A stretch of 60,944 nt of DNA, counting the filler, from Dirinaria sp. TL-2023a (lineage: Eukaryota): assembly GCA_051941275.1 (NCBI GenBank). It is 4 parts of 4 records of this genome, joined end to end, with 100 filler letters (N's around TTAATTAATTAA, not from the genome) between each part and the next. Parts side by side here need not be neighbours in the genome. Positions count along the whole stretch, not along the records: positions 15,277 to 30,449 come from JAVEBF010000561.1; positions 30,550 to 45,708 come from JAVEBF010000562.1; 2 more parts are not named here. The stretch is one strand, 5' to 3'. The notes under the pieces were generated by a model. It did not search any database, was not told the DNA's origin, and saw only the letters and a program-made list of their open reading frames with translations. Below, piece after piece: positions 22,758 to 36,475 of the stretch. How positions within the stretch are numbered: the stretch's first letter is position 1; the number at the start of each line of letters is the position of its first letter. Both the position numbers and the translations under genes were made by a program.

Positions 22758-25552
22758 TTAGTCCCACCACCCTGCATCACTGATACCGGGGCTTGCGTGA
22801 CGGCTAGTTGTCTGCGAGAAGTTCCTAGCGAACCTTTCTTCGGGCAAGACACACCGCAATTGCGTCAGCTCGGAGTATCTATCAGCTAGTAGCTGTCTTA
22901 GAGTTTCGACTCTTATGGAGCCTATCAAACTTTTAGCTTCGTTGCATCGCTGGGCCCATGCTTTCAGGGCTTGATTGTATCCATCTCTCGTCTTATCGAG
23001 GACTAGTGTGTGTGGCGCGATGCCGTTGTTTCTCGTGATCTTACGAACCGAAGATTCACCCGCAAGCCGCTGCGAAAGGTGATCTCTCCGTTCGCGGGTA
23101 ACTATATATTCAAAATGTTGGCTATTAGGGTCACCCAGGAACCAGTCCAATTGCTCCCAACAATCTTTACATTTGCAGCCCCTGGGAGGCATCGACCAGT
23201 CCCTCGGACATTGCGGTGGTGGCGTTACGTATTTGGCGATAAAGAGGGAGACACTTTGTTGAAAGAAATCTTGATTTTCTTTTGAAGTGAGCAAAATGTC
23301 ACGCTTTTCCATCGCAGCTGCCAAATCTATCATGAATGGCATCAGGATCCATCGTAGCCACCACGAATCGCCAATCGTCAGTCTTTCTTTCACAGAGTCG
23401 ATTAGCGGTTGAGCGTCGTTAATGAGGCCCAAGGTCCTGCAAAACTCAACTACCGATGCCATACGATTGCCATCATCGGGAATGCTAGAATACGGTGAGC
23501 TAGACTTTGGCTGGAGCTTCTGCCGCTTGACCGAGGGTCTTGTGAAATGCAATCCGAAGTATGAAACCACCCCAGGTAAGATGTCCCGGACAAGCACCGC
23601 TGCAGCCTGTGCCTCGACCGCTGCATCTGCAACATGATCGCGAAGAATCTGCAGGAAACCACAAACGAAATCGAAATCGGGATTTCGTGTTTTGACAGCT
23701 CTCACAAAAAATTCCTTATCTTGCAGAAGAATGGACGCTCGGATAAGCATCGAGATGCCCTGTTCGAAGTGCTTTTGAGGGTTCATCGGCGGATCACTGC
23801 CACGAAGACTGTGGTCAGATAAATAACTAGCATGAGGTCTACTTTCTGGCTTCTTGATGGTAGTAGCGTAGCTCGCGGCAACGACGGCCAATTCCTCTTT
23901 AATTTCTTTTTTTCACGTCACTAGACTGCATTTTGTTCATGAGACGTGAGATCCAAGCACGCATATCTTTCTCGCTACTGTTACAGATCAAAAACTCCAC
24001 ACAATAGTCTCCGGGGACCAGGACAAACACCTGCCGCTTCGTCAACCACAGGATCTTGTACATACATAGAGGACCCCACGGGGCATTACCGAGTCAACGT
24101 AATGATGTGCACAGGTCTCTACTCCGCGGCCCTGATCGTAATCTGAATGTTGAGGCTCTCTGTCATCGAATATATTGTCCCGAATTAGGTTTTCGAAGTC
24201 GATAATCACAGAACCCTCAAGAACGTCAAAGTCATCAAAATCTACGAGGTTCTGGAGCACCAGCGAGGCTTCGCCCTCTTCACCGCACTCGTCGATTGTA
24301 CTCGTATACTTCATTGTACTCATATATGAATAGACTCCTTCTGCAAGGCATCTTTCGCGAAGGTAGTTCGCCTTGAGCTTGTCCTCTTTTCCTAGCGCCG
24401 AGAACCGATATCCATGACCGCGAAACTCATCTAGCACGTAGACAAGAATCGAAGGCGCCCGTGAAGTGTTGCGCAAACGTTTCCAAACGGCAAGCTCCTT
24501 CTCAAAGTCTTTAGCATAACTCGTTAGCTTGCTGGCTATCTCCATCCCAAAAGCAGTCTCGAAAACAATATTATACGTTAGTAGAAGTCTAATGCCGGAT
24601 TCGATCGGCTTTGACTCTCGATGCACATCCGAATAGCTGTTTTCATATCAGTAAGGCAATCGCAGATGCAGTAGAGCACCCGAGAAGTTTTTAGATCACG
24701 CACGCTGCAATGTAGGAGTTTTCGAATTCCGAAGTAGCAGAGGTAGAAAAGCTTTTACTTTTGGTTCCAACGCTGCACAGAATGTCTCCTCCAGTATGAG
24801 CCGAGGGCTGAAGCCGTTGTGAGTAGATTTATTTGTCGCTTCAGCGGCAAGTCGTTCAACTTACAAGGCAGATACTTAATACCAAGCAATGACCCGTTTG
24901 TCTCCCGGAAGACCTGTGATACTTTGAGATTTAGCAGATTCGAAACAAGAACATCAACGTACAGGGGCGGTCTTCCATCATCTGCGGAAGGTGCATGAAG
25001 GCTTAAATTGATAAGCTCCGCTCGTACTTCGTCGGCTGTCTTTCCGAGTATTCCAGCTCCAATATTCAAGACGGATTGATTCCAAAGCGGATTACGCAAT
25101 GCAAACTTGTCACAGCTCAGATCACAATGGCAGCTTGATGTATCCTTCGAGAAGAGGTCCTGACTGTCCAACCCTGCTTATTTTGCGATCCTTAATGCAT
25201 CATTGTCCGATAAAGGAAGCCTCACTATGCCACTGCTCTTCAGCGTTAGGCTTGGGTTAGCGGATAGGGTGACAGTGGCATCAAAAGCCCATTCTTGATC
25301 TGCAGTGGAGCGGACCCTATCCAGGGTGCTCTGTATCACTTCGCGGATATCATTCATCCTTTGATCTATATCCATACCGTGATTCCTATCATCATCGTCC
25401 TCCGAGAATCCAGCTTCTGAACGATCCTTAGAGGAGCTTGTTTCTGTATCCCTACCCTCAGGTGATAGCATTCCGTTGTTTCTATTTGGACGAGCGGCTA
25501 CTTCGGCATCCCATGGACGCTTGGAGCCAGTGTAATACTGTTTCGTTGCCAT
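22758..25552 (-). pseudogene. Disrupted fungal 2OG-Fe(II) oxygenase-like large protein
   Basis: Family-like segments LPLSDNDA, FALRNPLW, VRAEL, ICL|PSAHTGGD, YSDVHRESKPIESGIRLLLTYN and C-terminal GCKCKDC...FLGDP. In-frame TAA at 25178-25180 and further in-frame stops between 24044 and 23892. Confidence 0.7.
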
Positions 25553-26290
25553 AGTTGTGGTAATCAAAGATGTCTGTTGTGTGAATACCTCAAGAATACG
25601 GAGTAATATAGAAGATTTTTTGTGAGCTTTGTTGACAGGACGCGCTCATATGCAGTCGCGTCAGTAGCGTTCTACTGGAAGCACTAATGCAGTTCTTCCT
25701 AGTAAGCGCTTCCATTCGTGTGCGATACCTAGGTGAGGTCTGACCTACGGAGACGATCAACTTACGGAGTATGATCAGGGAAAGCTGTTCCCGATTCTAA
25801 GATTCTGCCGGGCAACGCTAGCACTAATCCTCTGTATAAAGAGTACTGGAGGGGAAGGTATGCAGTAGAGGTAGAGCTAAGAGCTCTCTCGAGTCCTAGC
25901 TAGCGTAGAGCACGCCAAGACTGCGTCGTCCAGGCCATTCCAGGTGACTTTCGGGGAGCTCTGGCATGTTATAGACAGCATATGGCTGTTTCCGGGTAAC
26001 GCCTTTGCCCAGTACTGTGAGCGACATCCAGCTGGCCCCGCCAGTGAAAATGACGGCGCCAGAAAGCTAGAACTTACCTATAGCGTCAAGCTCAGTAAGG
26101 TACTGGAAGGAATATGCGATAATGCGAGTACGGAACACTATGTCCTCGACGTACATAACCGAGCAACGACTTACCTAAGACCTGATTATTACCTTAATAT
26201 TGTTTTTCTGATGTCGCAGTAATCAAGTCTCGATTGTTGACCCCGCTTCCTGCGCTGTTCCTTGTCGAACATTTTGTTCCAATTTCCATC

Positions 26291-26844
26291 ATGGCCACAG
26301 ATCAGTCTACCGAAAATCCAAAGCATTTCAACATTACAGCCATTACCGCCAAAGACGGTACGTCAAGGATCGAATGCTGGCGATTGACCGCTCCATTCGA
26401 GCACAGCCATTCGCCAGGTTCGTCGGGTCCTACGTTTCAGCGAATAAGTCTCGGTAAAGTCCAAAATGCAAGCTACGCCATCATACCACCGAAACACGAC
26501 AGCGGGTTGCACAACGCGCCCCATGTGCAGTGAGCCTACCCTAAGGTACCCTTTCCGAAATTGTAACTCAGCTAAGGGTGTTTTCATTGTTGGCGTCTGG
26601 ATATAGATACGTAGCATTTATCTCAGGTCAAGCAGAGGTCTCCCTTCCAAACTCCAATGAAACAGCAACCATACATGGCGGGAAGGATGGACTTATCTTC
26701 GCCGCTGATACTGCCGACGTTAGTAAACAAGGGCATTCAACAAAGTACCCTGGCGACCAGGAAACTATCGCCATCTCAATCCCAACGACAAACGGCGACG
26801 TTCCGCCGCACACTGTATTGCACAGCGGACCTTGTCGTCGATGA
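26291..26844 (+). CDS. Small cupin-like fungal protein, 2 exons (intron 26530-26606)
   Basis: FNITAITAKDGTSRIECW...GLHNAPHVQ|YVAFISG...GLIFAADT...GHSTKYPG...PHTVLHSGPC; GTGAGC...TAG intron joins the two ORFs in frame. Confidence 0.8.
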
Positions 26845-27375
26845 GGAAGTATGGTTAAGCATTGAGCGCGACGAGAGGTTTAGAACCAGTGCAGCTCATC
26901 TTTAATGCAATGCTCTCGCATGGGACCGTTCTATGAACTTGATTCATATGAGTGAATTGAGGATCCATCCAAAAATCCTACATAGAATGCACGAGACTGC
27001 CACTGCAGGACGGCTTAAATAGGTCAATACAGACAACGTACTTGGCTCGAATCAATGATAATGAGGGGTCAAGCAGAAAAGGTGTATAGAAACCCTCAAG
27101 AACCCACTTTAAGTGTCCTACCGAGATCCCCAGTGCTTAAGCACATTATCACAGAGCATCCATACCAGAAATAAAAATATTAGCAGAGCTGCATGGCATA
27201 TCCTAGCCACAAGGCTTGGGCTAGAATTACAAGACTTCGACTTGGCGTTTGATATGGTTCCGAAACAGGCTAGCGCGTGAACGCTGCTTTGAATCAGTCT
27301 CGGTGATCCGCCTGAACCATCATCATCCATCTTCCGATCCACGATCGAGCTCCTGCTGCGACACGAACAGCTGCC

Positions 27376-27902
27376 ATGGCGCAATTCAGGGCGAAGAAGC
27401 TTGACATCAGTTGCTTCATTAATATCAAAATCATTCGAGATCACACAAAGCGGTAAGCTCGAAGCGCCACTGTTCAGTAGTGGTACTGACTTCCACAGAA
27501 AAGTCTTCGAGAAACACGAGACCGAGCGGTACGGAATTCCTCTGCAAATTGTTCTTTCACCTACTTCGGCCTCTACGCGATTGCGTTATGATGATCTTGC
27601 TAAAAATCATCGATGCGGCAGACAAGCCCTCCGCTACATCATCCGCAACACAACACTACCTCCGCGAGCGCGGGCTCAAGCTCAGCTGAAGCTATCGCAG
27701 ATGCATTGCTACACTAGACCTACACAGATCCGAAACCGATGTATAGAAGGAGGCAAAGGGCGAGGGGTACTCAGTGATTTTAGGATGGCAAGAGTAAGTG
27801 GCGATCGATGGAGCCGCGCGCACCGCTTACAGGATACAGTTTCCATTCCGAATGGCGGCATTGGAGGGAAGTATACCGGGCCTTAGAAAAGCCAGTTGGT
27901 GA
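27376..27902 (+). CDS. MRP2: Mitochondrial ribosomal protein uS14m, 4 exons
   Basis: Spliced MAQFRAKKLDISCFINIKIIRDHTKR|KVFEKHETER|QALRYIIRNTTLP...TQIRNRCIEGGKGRGVLSDFRMAR|FPFRMAALEGSIPGLRKASW, with the canonical S14 C-terminus KASW. Confidence 0.95.
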
Positions 27903-28410
27903 TTGACCGTCGGATCTGGAAAATGATGGTCTGAGCATGGGAGGGAGAGGCCCGCAATTTTGTACAGCAAGACAGCATAGGGTGGCGTTTTAGGTACGAG
28001 ACCTATGGGACGGTAGGGTCGCAAGAGAATCCTAGTTGGCGACGTGACAAATACAAATGCTATAAAGATCCACCCATTCAGATTACAACCTCGTAGTTGT
28101 TGAGGGACTGCACTTATTACTCGTGCACCTGCTAAATGCATACGGGTACCGACACCCCACACAAAACTCGCTTCACTCGGCTGCAAACACAACCTTAGCC
28201 TCCTGGATGGAAAGCTGCTCCTTCATCTTGGCCGGCGGCTTTTCAAATACCCGATCATTCACCTCAGTCCTTTGACACCTTACTGCTGAAATTATGCCCC
28301 CTTCTTCGTCTTTTTTACCAGTCAACCTACCGACCTTCTCGAGCTAGAAACCTTTAGATATCCACTTACAGAACTCCAAAGAAGGTTTGCTTTTAGGTTC
28401 ACGCCTCAAA

Positions 28411-29770
28411 ATGTTTCGACGTCTTAGCCATACGCTTCCCAAAGATCCCGAGTTTCCTGCTGATCTCGCAGGTCTGGGGTAAGTATCATCCCTATTCCTT
28501 GCAACGAACAAAGATGTCACTGCTAACATCAATTCAGCTATTACATCAACGAGAATGATCAAATCCGCTCCATCGCCCGTCCAGACCAAGAATTCAACTA
28601 CTTCATCTCTAGAAACGAGCGTGTCTTGGAGAAACAACGAGAAGCCATGAACAGTGGGTGTTCGGAGACGCCTCCTCCCTTCCAGCCCAACTTGATAGGA
28701 TCTGACACCGATACAGCCTGCATTCGCGAGAAACTTCGCCCTCGTTTCCAACATCTAGGCCTCAACACCATTGCCCTCCCTTCCCCCGCACCCACACCTA
28801 ACATTCCCATTCTCGTTTCTTCCTCATTCTCTACCCTCCCACGCATCATCATTTATTTTGGCGAGTCAGTCCAAGACCTTGGCATCTTCGCCTACCGCAC
28901 CATCGGGCAAGTTTCGCTCGCCGCCGGCAGCTGCATCGATTTCGTCTGCTCTGTACAAGCTCACCAATGGCGCTCTCCCCAGTCTCCTGGCTTCCTCATT
29001 GCCAACTGCGGTCAGTTGATCTGGTGGCGGAGGGGCGCCAGAGCAGTGACACAGCCGACATGGAATGCTCTGCCGCAGAAGACGGGCGTGGCTCCCGTTA
29101 CAAGGCTGGATTCTGAAAAGAATCGGGTAGAGGGGCACAGAGATGTGGCAGAGCATATTGCGAGCGTGATGGCGTGGGTGGAGACTCATGCTAGAAAGGA
29201 CGCGAAGATTGACGTGATTGGAATGGGTGATGCAAGCGAAGAGGTGGTGAACTGGATGAACAGCAATTGGAGCAAGTGGCAGAAAAAGCTCGACGCGGTG
29301 GCTGTTGGTATGGCGTGGATGTGGGGAAAGGAGGATCTGGAGGCGTGGGGTGAGGGTTTTCGCGACTTCTGGGGACGGGTAAGATGGCTCTACTCTCGAC
29401 TTTCTCCATTTCTTCCTCCTTCTTGTTCGCCCCTAGTCCACATTCTAAAGTTTAGATTCTAACATTAAATTCCGTGCAGCGTGGCCGCGTCTACCTTCTC
29501 TCCGACGAGCCCGTCGATACGCCTCTCATGGGCCGCGAAAATTTTGGCTGCAACTGCTACTCATCTGGCGAGCCCAGCTATACCGAATGCATCATGCCCA
29601 AAGCCTATTCCAGCATCCTAGCCTTCTTCAGCCTGGTAGCCACCGTGCCCGGCTATGCGGAGATCGAGGCGCCGGAAACACTCGTTGACAGTGGTCGGGA
29701 TAGTCGCAGCCGGCTTAACGAGATTTTACAAGATGCCCAGTGGCGAGGTGCGCGCGTAGAAGAGGTCTGA
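28411..29770 (+). CDS. arb2: Arb2-domain protein (Arb2/FAM172 family), 4 exons
   Basis: MFRR...PEFPADLAGLG|YYINENDQIRSI...EFNYFISRNERVLEKQREAMN; IIIYFGESVQDLGIFAYR; IANCGQLIW; FGCNCYSSGEPSYTECIMP. Confidence 0.85.
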
Positions 29771-30449
29771 TCGATGCCTTGGTATGCAAGGAGCGCGAGT
29801 AGAGAAGCTTTTGGGCCGCGGAAGCAGTTGCTGATAGATCGGCATAAGCTGGCAGCAGGGCTTTCATGATGACTTTCGATCCTTTCGTAAATCGAGCATT
29901 GAGGGCTCCGCTGAGTACATGAGCTACCAATACTTAGGCGATGAATTTCTTTCTCTCCAAAATTCCACCTCAGCTAAAGCAAGCCCCTCACTTCCCTTCA
30001 GACTCTCACTTCAAATTCAAAAGCCTGTTTGCCATTTGACTCGGCATTCACCTTTCTTTTTTCACTGGTCTGGTCACATCACATTCCTTCTCTCATCAGC
30101 TACCCGTAGAAATCCACTTTTTAACCCCCCTCTTCTGCCACTCAACCTATGCTTGCCCGCTAACCCCTCGTCATTCAACAATTAATTTATGTAGCTTCAT
30201 TTGATCACTACTATATAGCTTCTACATTCATAGCAAGTCTCTAATCTCTATTTCTACTTTAACGCGTCGCAGCAATTTTCGATTTTGGATTTTATTTTGG
30301 TTCTCAGTCATTTAGCAACTTTTACAAACGATTTTTATCTTATAAAATCTGAAGGAAAAGATATGCATTGAGACGATTTCACGGCTTCCCGACTTGGCAT
30401 GGGATAGACTGTCGTGATATGAGCGTGGATTAAATTTTTTTTTTGCAGG

Positions 30450-30549
30450 NNNNNNNNNNNNNNNNNNNNNNNNNNNNNNNNNNNNNNNNNNNNTTAATTA
30501 ATTAANNNNNNNNNNNNNNNNNNNNNNNNNNNNNNNNNNNNNNNNNNNN
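30450..30549. other. Artificial contig spacer (N44-TTAATTAATTAA-N44)
   Basis: Identical 100-nt linker. Confidence 0.98.
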
Positions 30550-30694
30550 GTCGTTAAATGATTAATAGACATGTAAATGAAAAGAATACAACAGGTCGTT
30601 TTGTACAGATGCTTTTTCTTCCGGGGGAATGGGTATATCGTAGGGGAGTGAGACCGTCCATGAAGAAGTTTGAAAAGGTATATCGGAAGGCTGC

Positions 30695-33600
30695 TCAGTG
30701 GTGGTTGATGTATTCGTCCATAAGTCTGCTTCCCTCGCCTTCTCTATCCTCGCCATCATCGTATTCCCGCCGCCTGTCGTCCAACTGCTCCGCAGCTTCG
30801 TTCCTCTCTTCGCCAGGATCGGCTACAAAGTCGGCAAAGGCTTGGTCTAGTCCCGAAGGCTGGCCGGTCCTTGGGCTAAAACTCTGGCCGCTGAATTGGC
30901 TCTTTGCAGGGCTGTAGAGGATGGGATCGATAGGTGGTCCGGAGGAATGACCTAATGGTGAGCGAGGGCCAAAGTCGGGGGAACCAAGGAGGGTAGGGTG
31001 ATGACGAGACCGGCCGGGTTGGTAGTAAGGTCCGGTGAGCCCAGGTGATTCAGGATGACGTGACTGCCTATGGCCTCCTCCAGGCATGTAGGCTGTGTAG
31101 GTTGGATCGACATGGGTAGTGGTGATGGCACAAGGAAGGCGGTGGGAGTGAGTGCTGCTGTCTCCGCCGTGGCCGGTAGACGATGAATGTGGTGTGTCCG
31201 AGCGATTGCGACGCTGGGGTGCAGGTTGTAGGGGCTGTTGGCTTTTGCTAGAGTGCGCATCACTGGATTTCCGCGGTTTGGGAAAGGTATGCTGCTTGGT
31301 GCGAAATTGTGGCGGAAGATCTGCTGGATCGCTGACCCCGTGTTCAGCCATGAGCTTTTGCTGCTTTGTTGGACGAGGCTTCCGAGTAGAAAGTGACTGC
31401 TCGAGAACAGGTGGTGGTCTGTCTGCAATAGGAGCCCACTTGTGTAATTCTTGACGGAGGAAATTTGTCTCAAAGGAAAGCAAGACTTCTGCGCCTTCAA
31501 TCTTTCTTAAGTAGAACCTTTGCGTAGTAATTTCCTCAGGTGTTGTCATGACTGGGTTCGTGTACGGGCGCATGAAATCCCGAAACGTTTGCGCAGTGCC
31601 GATGATTTCTTCGAGCGTGTCTTCTTCCTCTGGTTGAAATGGTAACTGATTGATCTCGGCTTGCCACTCTATAAGTTCCTCGAGCTTAGGGCGAGCAGCA
31701 TCGCGAGGTATCTTAACGCGCCAGTCGCAGATGGGGCACGTGAAGCGGTCGTCCTCCTTGATCTTGCCTCGGGCGATTTTAAGACACCGGCTATGATACC
31801 TGTCTCTGAGCGTTAGTCGAGAACCTCAACGAACAACTTCGTCTTGACTCACCACTCATGACAAACCTCGCACTCGATCATCTGCCCAGCTTCTGGACGA
31901 CGACACATGCAGAATGTTTCCCGCGCTGGCCTCTCTTCCGTCAAGGACTCGTCGGGTGTATTACTCCTTGACGCAGGCTCTACTGGCATCCTTGGCTTGT
32001 CTGCAAGATCGAAGCAGAAGCTGTTTTGGTCCATCACATGGCTCATGTGGGCTAGCAAGATGTGAAGTGGTGCGTTTGCCTTCCCAAATAATTTCTTTCC
32101 CTTACGCATCCAATCTTCATGGCGCTTTAATTCCTTTTCCAGGTCAATGGTACCCGCCGGTTTACTGTTGAGCTCCGACAGTGATTCCAGAACCTCACGC
32201 ACATCCTTATATTTGGGCCTCTTTCGAAGGTCAGGATCTTTACAACTGTCGTACATGGACACAATCCGCTTGTGCGCCTCTCGTTGCTTGGTGAGGATTG
32301 CGTCGACTGCATTCAGCGTCTCGCGCGTTACAGGCAAAGTGTTCGCTCGCGACGACAAAGCTTCCAGTTGTTGGTAATGTACGGTTTCGGCAGCCATTAA
32401 CTCTTTCGCTTTGGACTCCCACAGCTCACCTTGAGTCTGTTGTTCTTGGAGGTACACCATCAGATCGTCATAGTCAGGGATCCCTATTTCCAACCCCTTG
32501 TTGATGATATCGACGACCTCGTCCAAGCTGTGGAACTTGTTTCGCCAATCGCGAGCTTCATCCTCCCACTTCATCTTTTGGGCTACTTTGTCTAGCTCTT
32601 CCACTTCGGGTATGTCAACATTGAATCCTTTGCCCAGCTCGACAAGCTCCTCGATCTCCGCTGTTGATCGCAGCCTCTCGTTCCTCAAAGCGAGTTTGGC
32701 ATCGTGCTGGAATCCTGCTATGGCTTCAGACCGCTCAGACAACGTTGTTATTTCTGGACAATCAAACGATAACTCCTCGGCCGCCTTCAAGAGCCGGTTA
32801 ATGTTCTCGATCTTTCTCAACTCCCGATCCCGCTCTTCTTGTTCAGCAGCCTTGGTAGCATTGCTTCTACGCCAGGAACGCTCGTTTTTCCGTCTGTTTT
32901 GTTGCTTTCGAGTGATGTAATTCGTCGCTTCGTCAACCCACTCGTTGCACTTGACCACAAAAGACTTCAGATCAGCCAAACTTGGGAGTTCCCACGGGAT
33001 CCGCTCTCCTTCATTCATTAGGGATCGCAACACTTTGAGCGAAGGTCGCGGCTCGTCTTCGAGTGCTTTGCGTAATTTCTCTTCCCAGGCTTCAGGCGCA
33101 TTGGCGCGATCAACGACCTTTTGAACCACACCCTTAAGTCCATCATCTGAAAGGCGGTATCTGACCGAGTGGCTAGGACTATGAAGGCGTTGCTCTTCGC
33201 TGCCCTCACAGCACTCATGACTACCAGCATGCAACAAGCACATTATTTTTCCTGACTTGTGGCAACGGAAGCGAGATAGATACGCGTATGCCTTGCAATA
33301 ACTGCATTGGTATTCGGCTTCTGGCACGTCGCTGTCATCGATCTCGAAATTGAGCTCGCATGAGTGCTCATTGGCGGCCCCTGACGCCTGGATTTGGCAA
33401 GCATGTGGTTTCGGAACCTGGTGTCGCTGTAGGAATGCCGCACGCTGTGAAAGCTCTCGATCGCACACCCGGACCAGTGCGGGACCGAGCCATCTGCCGG
33501 TCTTAATGGTGGTATCTCGTGCAGCTGCAGTCATCAAGAGTTCGTCGTGCGAGAAACACGGCTGCTTCCTGAAATCCTGCAAACGCTCAACCCCTGCAGC

Positions 33601-36070
33601 ACCGAAAGGTTCCCAGTCCGCCGGAGCGAAATTGACGGCTTCATTGAAATTGAATCCGTGGTTGAAGCCAGCGTGATAAGCTTGGGGGAACGTTATGACG
33701 AACTGTCCAGCACGCTGGTCCAACGCATAGACATTGACTCCTGCCTTTTTGAGCTGGTCAGGTGGTAACAGGGTGACTAATTGAAATAACAAGTCAGGCT
33801 GCGTCTCGAACAACTCTGGTACAGCTGCCTTCATTGCCTCTTCGAATCGTTCGGCATCTGCTCCCGGGATGCAGTACCAGGTCTTTGTTGCACCAAAATG
33901 CTGATAATTCACAGAGTACCCATAGTGATCTTCGTTGTGCCAACAGAAGGTTGAGAAGCACATACCCACATACAGCCAGGGTACTGTCATTCCCGAAATG
34001 TCAGATTTGATGTGGCGGAAAAGAGAGTCAGGATGCAGCGGGAGGATGTTGAGATTCCACAGATCGTGGGAATAAGCGTCAAGAGGTTGTTTTTCCATCG
34101 AAGGAAAGCCACTTCCATGGGTAGTTGAATGTATGTCGGCTCCGTACTCAACTTCAACGACCCCGTTGACGCTCTCAACCAAACGCCAGAACTCTCTTTC
34201 CACGTCGTCTTCTGTGATAGCACGATTTCCATTCGTCACCGGATCGTATTGCATTTTCAGCGCAAAGTGACTCTCTTTGAAGAGCCTTGCCTTTTCTTGG
34301 AATTGTTTTAGAGAATATATGCCCCCTTCCTCAAACCCAAATTCGCCAGTGCCGACAAGGCAACGTGGACAATGCCAATCATGGATGAGGGGGCCTTTCA
34401 CTGGTGGGTCCAGACAATATCTATGGTAGCCGTAATCACAGCTATCACAGACTAAGATGGACGGCCGGTCATCGTTTTTACCACATGCTTCGCACATCTC
34501 GCCCGGCTTCAAGTTGCCACGCTCAGCGGCAGTCCTTGGTGTGAAAGGGCGAAATGTGCTCATGTGCGAGCCGGCAACCGTTGGCGGAGCTTTCTTAACC
34601 CGTTTGCTCTTACGTCCGTTCTCGTCGCTGCCTTCCCCAGCTGCATCATTTCCGGAAACACCGTTTGGGGTGTCATGGCTTATGGTGCGCTTCAGAGGGT
34701 TTGCATGGTGGCCGTTAGAGGGGATTGTGGGGGTATAAGCCCGTCCTCGTGCATCATTCGAGTCGTTCGCGTGGACCGAACTTGACCTGGGGGCTTGTGT
34801 TGGTATGTTGACTGGGGTGTTGCTCTCCTGTTCTCGTTTGGTGGCAAGGTTTGGTGCGTTGACGGCCTGAAATGATGCAGCAGTCATATTGACAGCGGTG
34901 AAGCCACTTGGATTGACAGGTGTGAAGCCTGAAGAGACTGCTGGAGGTGGTAGGTCAGCAGGCATAGAACCGCTATTGGGGCCAGAATGGCCATTCGGAG
35001 CTTCTTGAGGGCTTTGGAGTGATGCATTGAGCGCTGCAGAAGCGCGCACTGCGGGAGAATTATCTCGGGCCCCAGGAGGTGTCTCCTGCTGAGGCCTCCG
35101 CATGGGAGAATTGACTGAAGAAGGAGTGAACGGGCCGCCGTATTCGTATTCGAGTTGTTGTTGGACTGCAGGTTTTGCGACCCGCAGATAGTCTTCGTAG
35201 GGAGAAAGCCATTTATGAAAAGAATTCTTGAGAGAGGTTGAGAGTGAGGACATTATCTTTCCACTGTATCCGAGGTCGCGTCCAATCTCGGCCCATTTCT
35301 TTAATTTGCACACTTTCTCGAAACCTCCTCTTGTCTCAACAGCCTTTTTCAACTTGTAGAGATCGAGTGGACGCTTGTCAACGCTTGGAAAGCGGTTGAG
35401 GTTGATGCCGCGTTGCTTATGGAACTTTTGTAGCTGATCCATATAATTCAGATTGGTCCTGGTCCCTAATAAATGTGTATCAGCGCTGCCGCTGGTCTAT
35501 CTGGAGTGGATCTTCCTGCTTTGATTGAAAGCTTACCTCCTTCGACCGAGTTCAGCTCCTGACGCCGAGTACGGAAGTGGAATTTCTAGCGAGAAATTAG
35601 CTTCCTTTGAAGGGGCGATGGACACAGTGACCGATCTCTTCCATTGGGGCATAGCTGTTCATCTGTAATGTACGTACTTCGGTATCGATGGAGAATGGGG
35701 GATTCCAATTGTCAGGTGGGATAATCTTCACCGCTCCATATTTCCGTCCCTCATTTTGAATCTTTTTGATGTACTGGAGCGGGTCCGCAAATTCCTCTTC
35801 TGTCGGTCTGAATGTGGGTGCATCTTGGAGACCGTGCGGCCGGATTCTTTTCTTATGTTCCCTAGCAGCCAGCGGGTGCCCCTTGCGTTCTACAGTCGAC
35901 ATGTCCAAGGGCGGAGCCCTCCGAGCACTGAAGGGGATGTGGGGTGCATAGACAGGGTATTTGCCATTGCCTCCAGCAGTGGAGAGATTGACTTGGAAGC
36001 TGCCTGTAGAAGGCATTGTTTGGGTGGTGGCCGTGGAAGCGTAGGCTCCGCTGACCGGAGGAATGGCCAT
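30695..36070 (-). CDS. kdmB: JARID1/KDM5-family histone H3K4 demethylase (JmjN-ARID-PHD-JmjC-C5HC2-PLU1-PHD), multi-exon
   Basis: JmjN APTFRPTEEEFADP; ARID LDLYKLKKAVETRGGF; PHD CEACGK...CDSCDYGYHRYC; JmjC WHNEDH and PQAYHAGFNHG; C5HC2; C-terminal PHD FCMCRRPEAGQMIECEVCHEW. Confidence 0.96.
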
Positions 36071-36450
36071 CTTATGTCGCAGTGACGAAGGAAGCGCGAC
36101 CCGCGAAAAGGCCTGAAGGTTCTATGAGCTTCATGCGGTCGAGAACAAGGTTGCAGTGGAGGTGGAGGTGCTTGGCTATAGTCGAGAGTGGTAAGATCGA
36201 GTGTGGCGGTTGGGGGATCGAATGTTGAGGCAGCTTGGAATGAATGGCCCGCTACTTGCATGCGAGTGGGATGCTTGGCATAATCAATTCGAAGTGAGTG
36301 AATGAGTGACTGAAGCCAACAGGGCACATCTCCAGTTCGGTGAAGACACTGCAGACACGGAAGACGTCGAGATGGAGGTGAGGGGGATTGGAGCGGTGAC
36401 AAAGAAAGAAATGGGGAGAGAAAGGTTCTGGGTGACAAGAGCGTGGGGAG

Positions 36451-36475
36451 GAGTGAGTGAGTGAGTGAGTGAGTG
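36451..36475. repeat. (GAGT)n microsatellite in the KDM5/SLX1 divergent intergenic region
   Basis: About six tandem GAGT units. Confidence 0.85.
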
